From Octopus vulgaris (Eukaryota): 64,000 bases of DNA. The notes under the pieces are model-generated. The model was given only the letters and a program-made list of their open reading frames with translations. It had not been told where the DNA came from and ran no database searches. Numbering within the stretch: position 1 is the first letter of the stretch; every line of letters begins with the position of its first letter. Below are positions 12,935-25,769 of this stretch, in pieces. Made by a program: the position numbers and the translations under genes. The stretch spans positions 177,754,001 through 177,818,000 of the forward strand of contig OX597815.1 of NCBI GenBank assembly GCA_951406725.2. The letters are read 5' to 3'.

Positions 12935-13964
12935 TTAATAGCGAAGCGTCGTAATTTTTGAAAGAAGCATGCGTAGCAAGTATAATTCTCTATTCAACAA
13001 AAATATATTAATATATACGTCAGTGTACGCATACCGTATCTGGCTGTTATATGCAATCAATTTTGTCAGTGAATATACAACATTGAATTTACAATCCAAT
13101 ATCACTTCCTTGTATCTCAGCAGTGAGCCCAAATGCGTTTGGAAATAATCGAAGTTGTTTTTCTCGAAATCAGAATAGTTCGGCATATTATATTGTTTAA
13201 AAAGCTCAAGATATTGTCCAGCAAATTTTTGATTCCATTAAAATGCGATATAAATTTCCTGCTACAATCAATGCTAGGGAAGCAAAATATTTCATTTTAA
13301 TGTTTGATATCAAATAAGAGAAAAGAATTACTGATTCCTATTATGCTATGCCTAAAATGTTAACCAACATTTATTAAAACATGCTATACAACTCAATGCT
13401 TGTAGGTATTCGTAAGAGAAAATTTGAGAAGAAAACATAAGCGAGTTGCTCATAAGTAAATATGTGTTCAAAGTATATTTGGTTCAGTAATTACCACCAA
13501 ACACTGATATAAGCATGGCAACAATTTTTATTTGCATGCGGAAAGCATATAGTTAATTGAAATCTTCGATTGATACAATCATTTGACTAATACTTATTAG
13601 TGAAATGAAATTATAAAGATAAATATTTTCATTGATGTTAAGGAGCAAATTAGAGAAAATCCTAAATTTCAATTGATCAAATTCAAACGGAGATATGCAG
13701 AGTAAAGGAGGCTAAAATACAGCAGACATTTTGACGTCAGCAGTCAGGCGTACTGTATTTTTATAAAGTACGCTTCGGGAGTCGTATTCATCGTAATATA
13801 CATGACTACGTAACAAACTGCATAGTACAAAACTGGAAATGGTCGGAACAATAGGCAAATAAATATGAGGATACTTGAAACTTCTCAATGACTTCAACAC
13901 GAAGGATTTATATTCTTTTGAATATGATGTTAATTCGGTGAGTCTCAAACGGTCAAAACCACAT
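12935..13964 (-). pseudogene. Candidate large relic exon
   Basis: Acceptor catttcag before 13964, then about 83 open codons (CGFDRLRLTEL..VKMSAVF) and further long open stretches, including ORF 12935-13186, in very AT-rich DNA. Confidence 0.4.
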
Positions 13965-14029
13965 CTGAAATGTATATGAAAGCCATTAGCATTAAACAGT
14001 ATTACGAACAAATATTTTATATTATAAAA

Positions 14030-14349
14030 GAAGGTCGGCTGTAAAGACATAAGCAAGGCAAGATTTTGTTCATGCAATGAGAGCATAAGAATTTCATTTT
14101 CCGACATAATCTCCTTCGCAGTCGATACACTTCGTCCATTGGTGTTGCTGCACCCGAATCCGTGGTGAAAAAGTTTTCAGCTTGTTGGGCCAACAACAGA
14201 TTTGATTTCTTCATCACTTCGATACTGGTTCCCAGCCAAGAGCATTTTCATTGCAAGGAACAGATGTTAGACAGATGGGACCAAGCCAGGAGAATAGGGA
14301 ACATGATCCACCAGTTCAACGCGACAGTCACGCACAGCAGTCAAGGACC

Positions 14350-14350
<1 letters not shown>
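14030..14350 (-). mobile_element. mariner transposase C-terminal relic
   Basis: ELVDHVPYSPGLVPS (YSPDLAPS motif), LAGNQYRSDEEIKSVV, and QHQWTKCIDCEGDYVGK* ending at 14094. Confidence 0.85.
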
Positions 14351-14448
<98 letters not shown>

Positions 14449-14459
14449 AATAATAATAG

Positions 14460-15630
14460 GTCGATATCTTTCTTGCCATATATGTGGAAATTATTGAATT
14501 GAATAATCGCAGAGTCAATGTACGGACATTTAGAAAAAATGGATTCCTGCCACATGAGCTGAAGGGTTGCAAGCGTAAATGCAGAGGTACCAAGGATCAA
14601 CCTCTGGTAGGCAAAACTCTACTTAGAGTGTGTAAAGGAAGGAAAAGTAACTTAGCCATGTTATAGATCGAGTATTGTAAGGCGTAAAGTATGATCCTAC
14701 ATTCTTCGATTATGGAATGTATCAACCTATTTGGTATTGCAGTGAATGTTGAACGATTGCTTGGAAAAAGTATGGCGAAGTGGAAGACGGAACTCACAGC
14801 ATATGGAAGAAGTTTAGGGATAATAGAAATCAGGAGAGGCACCTTTCAAGGAGACTGCTTGTCCCAACTGATCTTTGTACTGTGCATGATACAATTAACA
14901 CAGATTCTGAGGAAAGCAAATGTTGAGTATGTATTCAAAAAGTCAACCACATGTTATTCATGGATGACCTCAAACTGTATGGTAAAGATGAATCCCATGT
15001 CAGTTCCCTCGTTGACACGGTGTATATTTTCAGTGCCGGATTGAAAAAGTGTGTTATGTTAGTCTTCAAGAGAGGCAAAATCAAACGTATGGACGGATGA
15101 GCTAGCAATACTGTCGGGGGAAGTTATGAAGCAGCTAGAAGAGATGGGCTAGAAGTACTTGAGGATATCGGAATGGATTAATTGATGGAGAAAGAAATGA
15201 CAGAAAAATTTAATGTGGTGTACCTGCTCACTTGCGCAGACTGAAACTGATTTTTAAGTCGAAATTAAACGGACGGAATAAGATTGAAGCTACCAGCACA
15301 TGGGTGGTTTTATTCCTTAGATATGGAGCTGGGGTAATCGCATGAACAGCAGACGAACTAAACAGAAAGACAAGAAAGTTGCTGACTCGATATGGGATAC
15401 TCCACCCAAAACGTGACACAGAGAGACTGCATGTACCAACAAAAAAATGGGGAAGAGGACTGATTCGATGCGAACACAGTATTAGAGCAGAAGAAAACAT
15501 CATAGCATGGTATGTAAAAAATGCCACAGCACAGTATTGTTGGAAGTAAGAAGGTCAGGCTAATATAGGATAAAAGATTGCAAGGATAAAACACTGTACA
15601 AGCATTTGAGAATGAATGAAGCTGAAAACG
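14460..15630 (+). mobile_element. R4/Dong LINE, decayed RT region, bounded by (TAA)n
   Basis: [37 protein letters not shown]. (TAA)n/(CAA)n at 14351-14458 and (TAA)n at 15631-15685. Confidence 0.9.
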
Positions 15631-15685
<55 letters not shown>

Positions 15686-15689
<4 letters not shown>

Positions 15690-16040
15690 CAGAGAGTGCA
15701 AAACTCCGCCAAAGCAACGCCAACGTCCTCTCGACGATTAGCCGAAGATGATTTTTAAAATGGAAATATCTGAAATAAACTCGACTGCTCTCACAAACGA
15801 AATTACTAATAATGAATCCGACCGCTCTCAAAAATTAAATAAAAAAAAAAACGGAAAAATAATCCAGAATCCTTGTCTGGTATCGGGTCTATCCAAAACT
15901 CTAATCACTATGTGCCAGTCACGAGACCAAACATCCCTGTAAGATTCATCCAAATCCATCCAACAGTTCTTGAGATATCTTGTGCACGGACAAACAAACA
16001 AACATGACTGAAAACAATACCTCTCCCTCCGCTAAGGCTT
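15686..16040 (+). mobile_element. Non-autonomous element, possibly Helentron/DINE-like
   Basis: Ends ctccgccaaagc and ctccgctaaggc, with internal (CAAA)n. Related sequence at 32785-32870 and 63392-63516. Confidence 0.5.
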
Positions 16041-16451
16041 AAAGAGTGAAAATGACAAATTGTTGGAGGAAATAGTATAAAATTCATAAGACAAGTTTAT
16101 TACAATCTATTTACAAGTGTATCAACTCTCCCAATGTTTTGATGTGCCAAAATATAATTGAGTTCAAAATACAAGAAATTGTGCAATTCCAAAATCATTG
16201 GTTTACCCTGGCCTTCCTTCAGTTAAGATGTGGATGCAAGATATTTAACTGGAAAGAAGCCGCCATTTAGTAAAATTCATTGAAACTTAGTCATTCAAGC
16301 ATACTCAGGAAATAGTAATGCACATAGTCAAAATTTAGCGTGAAAATAAATTCATATCACATTTTATGTAGCTTATCCTTTTGGAATGATAATCCATGAG
16401 TTAGCTACATTTGATATTAATTAGCATCTATTATTATGTATTCTCCGAAGA

Positions 16452-16778
16452 TGAAGGTGCGTGGCTTAATGGTTAGGACACTCGGCTCACGATCGATTGG
16501 CCATAAGTTCAATTCTCGGCGATGAGTTTTGTCCTTGAGCAAGACACTTTATTTCTCCTTGCTCCAGTCTACTCAGCTGGAAAAATATGAGTAGTAACTG
16601 TATTTCAAAGGGACATCCTTGTCACACTCTGTGTCACGCCGAATCTCCCTGAGAACTACGTTAAGAGTACACGTGTCGGTGCAGTGATCAGCCACTTGCA
16701 CGTTAATTTCATGAGCAAGCTATTTCGTTGATCCTATTAGCTGGGACTCTCGTCGTCGTAAACGACAGAGTGCCGCTT
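16452..16778 (+). mobile_element. SINE family B
   Basis: tggcttaatgg A box, gttcaattc B box, and tail ctcgtcgtcgtaaacgacagagtgc. Confidence 0.85.
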
Positions 16779-18459
16779 CTTCGAATAGTTTACACACAAA
16801 TATATATATATAATAACATACACACACACACATACATGTGTGTGAGTGTGTACGTGTGTGTGTATATGCGTTTGTACGAGAATGGATTCATGTCCTTGCT
16901 CACTGCCAACCGGAATATATATGTAACCTCGTTGGCTGTTCTTCTCAAAGTGTGGTCAGATGGAACAATCAGTTATTGACTTTATATCTTAAGTCGATAT
17001 TGACAATCGATGGTTTTGTACTTGGAGACTGAAACGTGTCTTCCCTTTGCTTTATTGATGTCATTTGTAGAAGTGTAACGTTTTGTTATTAGATTTTTAC
17101 GGCGATTTCTTCCAAACTATTTCTGCTGAAAGGTGATCGCGCAATGTAAAATGTTACTTTATTTCTGTCATCATCACTGGTGCATATTTAAGTCCATAGT
17201 CTGAACGTTTAGTAAAATCTATTAACTCTTCGTTAATTACATTAACTACAGATTACTTACACGCTGGTTGTTTTTCTAGATCAATTATCGATTCTTTACA
17301 TCTAGATCCTTTATCGATTTTAACATCTATTAACCATTAATAAAATTTATGCGAAAATACCTCGTAATGTTATGTAGTATTATATTAGTTTTCATAAACA
17401 TTATATATAATTTTGTGTGAGAAAGTGCACATTACAAAATGTTAATTCCATTAGGCATGGGAATGCAGCTTACTGCAAGAATCGTTAGCGCGCCGGAGAA
17501 AACGCTGCGACTTTTCGTCTGGTTTTACATTCTGAGTTCAAATTTCGCTTGTTTAATTTTGTCTTTCAGCGATAAGCTAATTATTAGTCGAGCACAAGTC
17601 GATGTAATCAACTAACCCCGTTTCCATAACGTTCTGGCCTTGTTCCTGGAAATGAACTTTAGGTATAAGATGTATTAGATGTAACCAGTTATTATTAGAC
17701 AGCTTTTGGAGGATATTTTGTAAAGCAATCATATTAGAAAGAGAAAAGAAGAAATTACGTGTATGTTGCTTTAAAAATAGATTAAGAGAGAAGTAAAGTC
17801 ATAATTAAAAACCAATTTCAGGTAAAATATTAAATTAATGATTGAGATATACTCCACATTTCCTTATCGTTATCAACTCGAAAACACAAACTGAATTTGT
17901 TCATTTTAACAGCAATGATCAAAGTGAAATAATTAAATCCGCAGGTATTCAGTTCTCTAAATCGTATTAGATACATATATTAGAAAATTATGCTATTTAA
18001 AATTATATCTTATACTGCGTTGTAAACTACTTTGTGTACAGCCAACATGTAGGTTTTTGTTTATGGAAATATGCTGTGATATTTCAGTTAGAGTGTGGGA
18101 CCATAATGATAAAGTAATCAGGATAGGTGCTGAATAACTGCAATATTTTTAACTATTTTTGTATTTTGAAAAACATTGTTGAATATTTTAACATGTTACA
18201 AGCAAGTACATACCTAGAGATAAACATGCATAGCTGGACATACGTGTTATATACTTCTCAGTTATTTGGTTTTGTCTTTCCTTTACCACTCCTCTTTCTT
18301 TAGGCTACTTTTGACGTTATATCCTCTATCGATTTTTTAAAAACAAGAAGTTATCAAACTTATTACTTCTTTGATTTTTGCTACCCTGGTAACTATTTAT
18401 CTATTTTTTCCGTGTTAATTGTTAACAAGGGAAAAATACACTCATCTATATATATATAC

Positions 18460-18525
<66 letters not shown>

Positions 18526-18551
18526 GTATATATATACATATATATATATAT

Positions 18552-18660
18552 AGTTAATCCAAACAAGAAAACACAGGAAAAAAGAGAAAAAAACACAGCA
18601 ACGCGAGGACGTGGAACAATTAAAGTATTATTGACGCTCAGGAAAGAAGGGAAGGAGGAT
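18552..18660 (-). mobile_element. pLTR tail fragment between (TA)n tracts, no ribozyme core
   Basis: Reverse complement resembles the sequence downstream of the 36.5 kb hammerhead. Confidence 0.45.
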
Positions 18661-18671
18661 ATATATATACT

Positions 18672-18703
<32 letters not shown>

Positions 18704-18744
18704 CTTATACATATATATACATACCTATGTATATATATATATAT

Positions 18745-18779
<35 letters not shown>

Positions 18780-19065
18780 ACTTTGAATGAAGGAACACAT
18801 TTTTGTTGTTACACATTCACGCGTTCCATTTACTAATATGAGTCACAAAAGTGTACATGTAAGAGTAACATTGAAGATAACTTCGATTAACAATTTTTCA
18901 GGCAAACACGAATTTTAATTTAGAAATGCATAAGCATACACTTTAACATAATGCTATATATGTGTATGTACATATGTACGTACGTATGTATGTATGTATA
19001 CATGCATGTATGGACGGACGGATGCCTATTTATAAGCATACAAGCATCCATTTATATGGGTGTCT

Positions 19066-19324
<259 letters not shown>

Positions 19325-19519
19325 TAGAGGAGTAATGTCCATTTTAACCATCTTTCAGATATAAGCACCGGTGACGGTAAATATTTAATTCATAATTACA
19401 TTTTAATACTGTTCTCTTCAAATATCTTTTTGCAATGATTTGCTCACTAACGCGTCTTTTTAATGAAATTTTGCTGTGATACATTTCTAGCGGTGTGTAT
19501 TAAAATTTCGCCAATACAG

Positions 19520-20436
19520 TTACTTCATAATTACATCCAGAAAGGAAAGATCTCCACAGCATTTAAAACTGGTTTTTTTTTTAATATTCAATAACACGCT
19601 CATGATCATTGTACAACATAATAATGTAAGATTAGAAGGACGGGGAAAATTGTATGATTCGTGCACAGCATTTTCCACCCATATTGTGGTGGAGCATTTT
19701 GTCATAGTTTTCATAAATGAACACATCCAATTTGCATCGTAATGAAATGCACAACTTTTATACATTTTTCTAAACATAAACTAGGAGATATTCTATTCTA
19801 TAATTTCCAATTTCATGATGAAAATGAGTAATATCAATTGAGATATTGCCATGGTATACACGTTGTGCAGCAAATTATTGGCTGGTCAAAGTGTAGATCG
19901 CTTTCCTTCCAGAATGGAAAGATATTTTGTTCTGTAATTACATGAAAATAATCGTATTTTCCAACTTCAAATACGCACGACAAAACATTACCTGCAAATA
20001 TGTGTAAATGAATAATGAATAAATACATTCGGGGTGCACTAAACAAAATGTATTTTGCCAAAAATATCTACCCATGAAATTATCAGCAATTATAAAAGAT
20101 GGCGATAGTTTTTACTTGTAGAAAATATGCTGAACGCATTTTTCAGGAGAAATGGTTTGCAAACTTTATATATAATGAAACAAAATTACCGAAAACAAGC
20201 AAAGGTCTGCAAAAATTTATAATTATGTGGTTTAAGAAATTATTTAATATTACACTATTCAAAACATAACAAAGCATGAATAGCATTTATTAAAGAAGTA
20301 ACCAGGGTTCTAACAAAACATTCACTTTATGTGGTGGATAAATATTACCCTTTGGAATGAAGACTGTTTTTGTCGCTATTAATAATTATTACTAGTATTA
20401 TTATAATTATTAATGTTATTATAATTATTATTATTA

Positions 20437-20518
<82 letters not shown>

Positions 20519-21034
20519 TTTATTTAATTATCTCTTATGGATAAAAAAGTGACCTTGATATGGCGGAGGTTTGCAAATAGAAAAGTGTTAATTTCTTTCT
20601 ATGAATCTGTAAAGCTAGCATGCTCGAAGGGTTCTTTGTCTCCGACTCATAACATCCTATTGGGATCTAAAGAACTGGCGGATCCTCAATATCACCAGAA
20701 AGCTTAATACCTACGACAGAGCAAGAAAGCAAGGATTTGAAGATTACGTTTGATTTCAGAATGAGCTATTTTCAAAATTCCTGGCCCGAATTCCGAATTA
20801 TAATTTCTCTGATATGAAAATGTTGATGACATACCTGAATGTCCGTTGCAGCTGACACGTCAATGTCCGACACAACGTATCACAGGATTCTCATATAATA
20901 TTGTTTCTGTACCGAAGGCAATGGATCGGCGTCCTTGTATTCTTACAGGTTCACCTCTTACCAATGAGAATTCCATATGCTTTATCCGCGCATGCTCATA
21001 ATCAGTATCCAGTGTACTTCAGCAGCTCTGTTTT
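19520..21034 (-). pseudogene. Two phase-compatible relic exons (21034-20835 and 19991-~19520)
   Basis: ag and gtatg boundaries; the splice joins ..RVSCNGHS-G-NVLSCVFEVGKYDYFHVITEQNIFPFWKESD in frame. Two TGA stops lie in the first exon. Confidence 0.45.
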
Positions 21035-21281
21035 CTAAAAAAATACTGTGATATCGGAATTTAATAAAACTTGATTTTAAAACATCAGTTTTTAATTAAT
21101 ATGTAGGTAAAATACGAAACTAAATTTAAAACTTGATTAATAGTTGCATGAAGAGTCTAGATTGGGTGGGGACGACAGAAGGAAAAATCTTAATAGGGCT
21201 AAAACATATAAACGATAATAGTTATAAGAAATTCACTGATATTTAGACCAGAATTTCGTCTCACACCCCACTCTCTCTCTC

Positions 21282-21336
<55 letters not shown>

Positions 21337-21719
21337 CTCTCTCTGTTTCACCCATTCTCCCACTTCTGCAAATTAGTTCTCTAGATACATCAACTCGTTG
21401 GATGTGCAGGGATTTCTCAGAATAGCAATAATTCATATGTGGACACAGAATCAATAGTTTCCCATTATGATTCTCGCTGACAGTATCAAGTGGGATTAAT
21501 GTTAATAAGGAATTTACTAACTCTTGACAATATCTACCCAAATAGACCTTAACGTAAATTCCATCCGACTTCTCCGATATACGACAAAATAGAATACGTG
21601 TTTATGAAATTTCACGGTATATGTATATATGGTATAGCCACATACATAAACGCGTAGAATGATGGCTGGATCAAGAAAATTGGTTTACGCGTATATGCAT
21701 ACTTACGTACATATATATG

Positions 21720-21773
<54 letters not shown>

Positions 21774-21830
21774 CATCCATATATATATATATATATACCC
21801 ATACTTTATTTTAAGCAGCAGAAAATTCAA

Positions 21831-21880
21831 CAAAATCTGTTACTCTGAGTTTCTCGTTGCCGTTCATCAGACAGTTTTTG
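21831..21880 (-). ncRNA. Compact type I hammerhead ribozyme in a ~100-bp element inside (TA)n
   Basis: CAAAAACUGU-CUGAUGA-ACG GCAA CGA-GAAAC-UCAGA-GUA^ACAGAUUUUG; 9 of 10 stem I pairs form. Confidence 0.8.
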
Positions 21881-21929
21881 CTAGAAAAAGGGGTATATAT
21901 AGAGATATATATACCCATATATATATCTA

Positions 21930-21977
<48 letters not shown>

Positions 21978-22108
21978 AACATCCATATATGTATGGTTTC
22001 GTTTGACTGCAGACATGCAGTGAGTCGCCTTGAAGGGGTTTAGTTAAACGAACCGACCCTAGTACATGCAGCTTGTGAAGACTTACATGTATGTATGGAG
22101 ATATATGC

Positions 22109-22180
<72 letters not shown>

Positions 22181-22269
22181 AGAAGCTACAGGTAATTAAC
22201 TAGCAATTATCTCATCACTAATTATAAAACTGCATGATTATCACCTTTAGGGTTTGGTTGGTCAAGTAC

Positions 22270-22656
22270 CATTGAGCTTCACAATCATCACTTGTTGATT
22301 TGGCTTGATTAGTTAAATATCACCTGGCTTGAACTGGCCCCACCAGACGGTTTTAATATCACTTGAGTTTCTAAGATCTTCCCACCGAAGCTTTAGTCTG
22401 AACTGAGCTGAATGATCAGCACCAGATAGTCAAATATCACTTGTGTTTCGATCTTCTTCAGTTGGTTAGATTCACCTAAGCTTGCGAGATCCACACCAGA
22501 TGGTTAAATATCACTTGAACTTCCATATCCTTCCTACAATGTTTTAGATTCAATTGAGCCGCAGAAATCTGCATCAAATGATTAAATATCACTTGAGCTT
22601 CCATTATCTTTCTTTCCCCCCTGAAGGTTTATATCCCATTGAGCTTGTATGATCCT
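22270..22656. repeat. Degenerate minisatellite, ~39-bp subunits in ~78-bp dimers
   Basis: aatatcac recurs at about 22316, 22354, 22433, 22507 and 22584. Confidence 0.7.
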
Positions 22657-24719
22657 TATATATTCATACTACGTAGAAAGATTATGAGAGATAGACATTT
22701 AGATTACGTATGTCTGTAGATGCATATAAATGCTCACACATGTATATATATACATTTGCAATATACTCAGCTTATAATGTAATTTATTATATACAATTTT
22801 ATATTTAAAATGCTTGGAAATAGTCCTAAATCATAAATAAAATAGTTCCCACACTTCATCAATGCATATCATTAAAAAAAATCGAAAGCATTCGATACGG
22901 ATATTATTATCTCATGATTTGAATGTATATTGATTAACATTCAATGTTTTCTTCAGAATTTTTACTAGTCAACGTACCATATTTATGAATATGTATACTG
23001 TCCAAAAGTGATAGACATATTTGTAATTTTACAATATAGTTACCCTGTACATAGTTTAGAGCAGCGAATTCATTAATAAAATAATCGGTCGATATTGTTG
23101 TGATCTACTACCGACAGATAATTTAGATCGATTAAATGAGTAACTAAAATTTTGTAAGAATCTCCCACTATGCATATATTTCAGATCAGTTTGTATCTCT
23201 TCGTCATAAGTTTTGATAAGTCTGTGTGTCAATGTGAATTGTAGCATGTTATTGAATATCCTTGCGAACCCCCTGTTTACATTACTACGTTCTGATTTTA
23301 TACTTAGGCCCGGTCTATGATTCCCTTGTTTCCGATTAATAAATACAGAGCAGAATAGCTACAACACAGGTCACCGTCAATATTGCAACTCTGGCCTTAT
23401 GAATAGGCTTGTATATAATCATAAGACTTACTATTGTCACATGCATGATTATGAGTACAGCAACGAACATGTGCAAAGCCCTATACGCGTCCAGTTCGAA
23501 AGCACGTGGTTCTCCGTCAGACCTCCATGTGAAACTCAGGGAATATATTATAGCATCCAATTTATAGCAGTACGGACGTTGAAATAGCGAAGAAGAAATC
23601 AGTGGTGTTGCGTTGGATTGTCTGTGAAAGTTCTTCAGTGGAAGATCTGCTCAAATCCCTCCTGCTGACTCTGAGATTCGTTTAGTGCTTCTCCTGTTTT
23701 GTGCAAGTTCAAACTATGACACTTGTCTCGTTCATTGCTTTCTTATCTTTCTTTCTTCACCATCTGCAGAATCATTGCTACCACTGTTGTACTTCTCTCG
23801 TACCTATACAAAGCGTATGTTTCATACGGCCGTCTGTATTTCTCACCGTCAATAAAGTATGTTGTCAAAATTTTACTCAGTGCAATTAAGCTACAATATG
23901 GAGTGACAGGAATGGTAACACACTATATTAATATTTTCACAATTTTTCAGTTTTGTTATTTCTATGTTCTGAGATTAAACAATACAAATATCAGGAATTG
24001 TCATTATTTGTTTGATAATGACAATCTGCATTTCATGAGGAATAGAGTAGCGAAAACGAAATAGCAACAAAAATGTATGATTACATTCCTTTTAAATTAA
24101 TGATGCTTCGGAAAAACGTTTCCCAAATAATAAATGGAATGGATGTGTAATGAATTTATAAGCATCGTACTGCTGAACAGGAAACATGAGAATGGCGGCA
24201 AAAGAAATTGGCTGAATGATTTCTAAATTATTGATGACATTCCATGTGGAGAAAACCATACAGGACGTTGCTACCGTAAATAGTTAAATAATAATTAGGA
24301 CTCGGCTTTCAATATTCTATTTAACTTTTTTCTGCTCGATTAACATTTACAAAATCCATTACCCTCTTTTGCATCATATATACAGATCAGATCGGAACAG
24401 GAAGTATCTAAATATTTAGACAAAATTACGACTATTTGTATTATATTATTTACTTATTTATTATATTTTTGTGCAATAACGGAAATTGTTCAGACGTGGT
24501 TGATGCTTTGAGGAATGTTACCTTTCCAGGTTGAATTTCCGGAAAATATGGACGTTACAGAATTTAATTTAAATGAAAACTGAATAATAGAACATAAATA
24601 CCAATGCATTAATAAAACAATACAATAAACAAAGCAAAAATACAAGAAACAAAAGTATCTCCATAGTAGAAATGCTTAACAACCTCGTATCACGTTAATT
24701 TCATTTTAAACATGAATAA

Positions 24720-25769
24720 ATTACTTCACGTTATTATTAATGGTGCAGTTTCTTTTACAGCGTTAGCATACGTTTTTTTGTGGTTATCCTTTGGAATTCA
24801 ACTTTTCCTGACATAGTTGCAATTAATTTCGAATGTTGCTGAGATTAATATCGATGGTGGATATAAGTTGAGTATTTTTCATATCGATGTGTATTCTGTG
24901 CATAATGAAAAACAATCATGAGAGAAAGAAAACTAAGCCAACTATGAACGAATGTCTGGTACTTCTCGTTAAACAATCAATTTGAATGCGGGTCATTAGC
25001 AGAATTGTAGAGTACGAAACATTTATGCTATTAAACCAATATACATTTCAGTATTTAGTTCTTTACATTCCAGAAACTTCAATTTCAAGTCCCAACTCAG
25101 TGGTTGCTGCTACATTCTCTAAGGTTTTTATCACGTGGTCACGTGACCAACCAAACTATCAGCTGTTCTGACACCTTGCTGGTCACAATGCGCTTTGTAT
25201 CATTTTAGCCATCGAATGACACCACCTCATTAGTTAGGTGAGCAGGTCAACAAACCCTTGGTCGAAAGGGAACTGGAGCAACGTGAAATGAAGTGTTTTA
25301 CTCAAGAACACACGGAGCACGGCATGGGAATCGAACCCACGATCTAGTGATCATGAGGTCAACAGCCTAACCACTAGACGACGTGCCTTCACAAAGCCTT
25401 TATAAATGTGCATATTGTTGTATTCTGCTCTCTTCTAAGTCCAGATTCAAAAACACATCTTGCATCCGGGCATTGCATAAATTCACAAACAGGGTGTGCA
25501 ATGCGATTAAAGACATATTTGGCAATTTAATAAAACAACATTACCCAAAAGAAAAACCAGATGGGTTTTAAAGAACTCGGTGCACATGATCCCGATAAGA
25601 TCTCTTATGATTTTATTCCATGAATTCGCCATTAGCTTCCGCGACTCTTTCAATTCGAGACTAGAATATTTGATATTTCTCCAACAGATACCATTTATTT
25701 TGGCCATCACCCGAACAATAGCAGCCTTCAGTAAGAATGTCACTTAGTCTGCCTTTCAATACTACAAAC
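24720..25769 (-). pseudogene. Relic exon with death-domain-like segments, split by a SINE
   Basis: Acceptor ttactag before 25769. Reads LHTLFVNLCNARMQDVFLNLDLEESRIQQYAH and EFQRITTKKRMLTL*KK, resembling the ITxxMLxxW motif. Confidence 0.4.
25255..25392 (-). mobile_element. SINE family B-type head
   Basis: Reverse complement of tRNA-like head gtggttaggctgttgacc..gggttcgattccc. Confidence 0.7.

Noticed and set aside
22270-22656. CRISPR-like array
   Set aside because: Eukaryotic context, the spacers are related to each other, and no cas genes are present.
23336-23770. Hydrophobic or Cys-rich ORF as a receptor exon
   Set aside because: The frame is ambiguous and no family is recognised; it may belong to the relic gene but this is unsupported.
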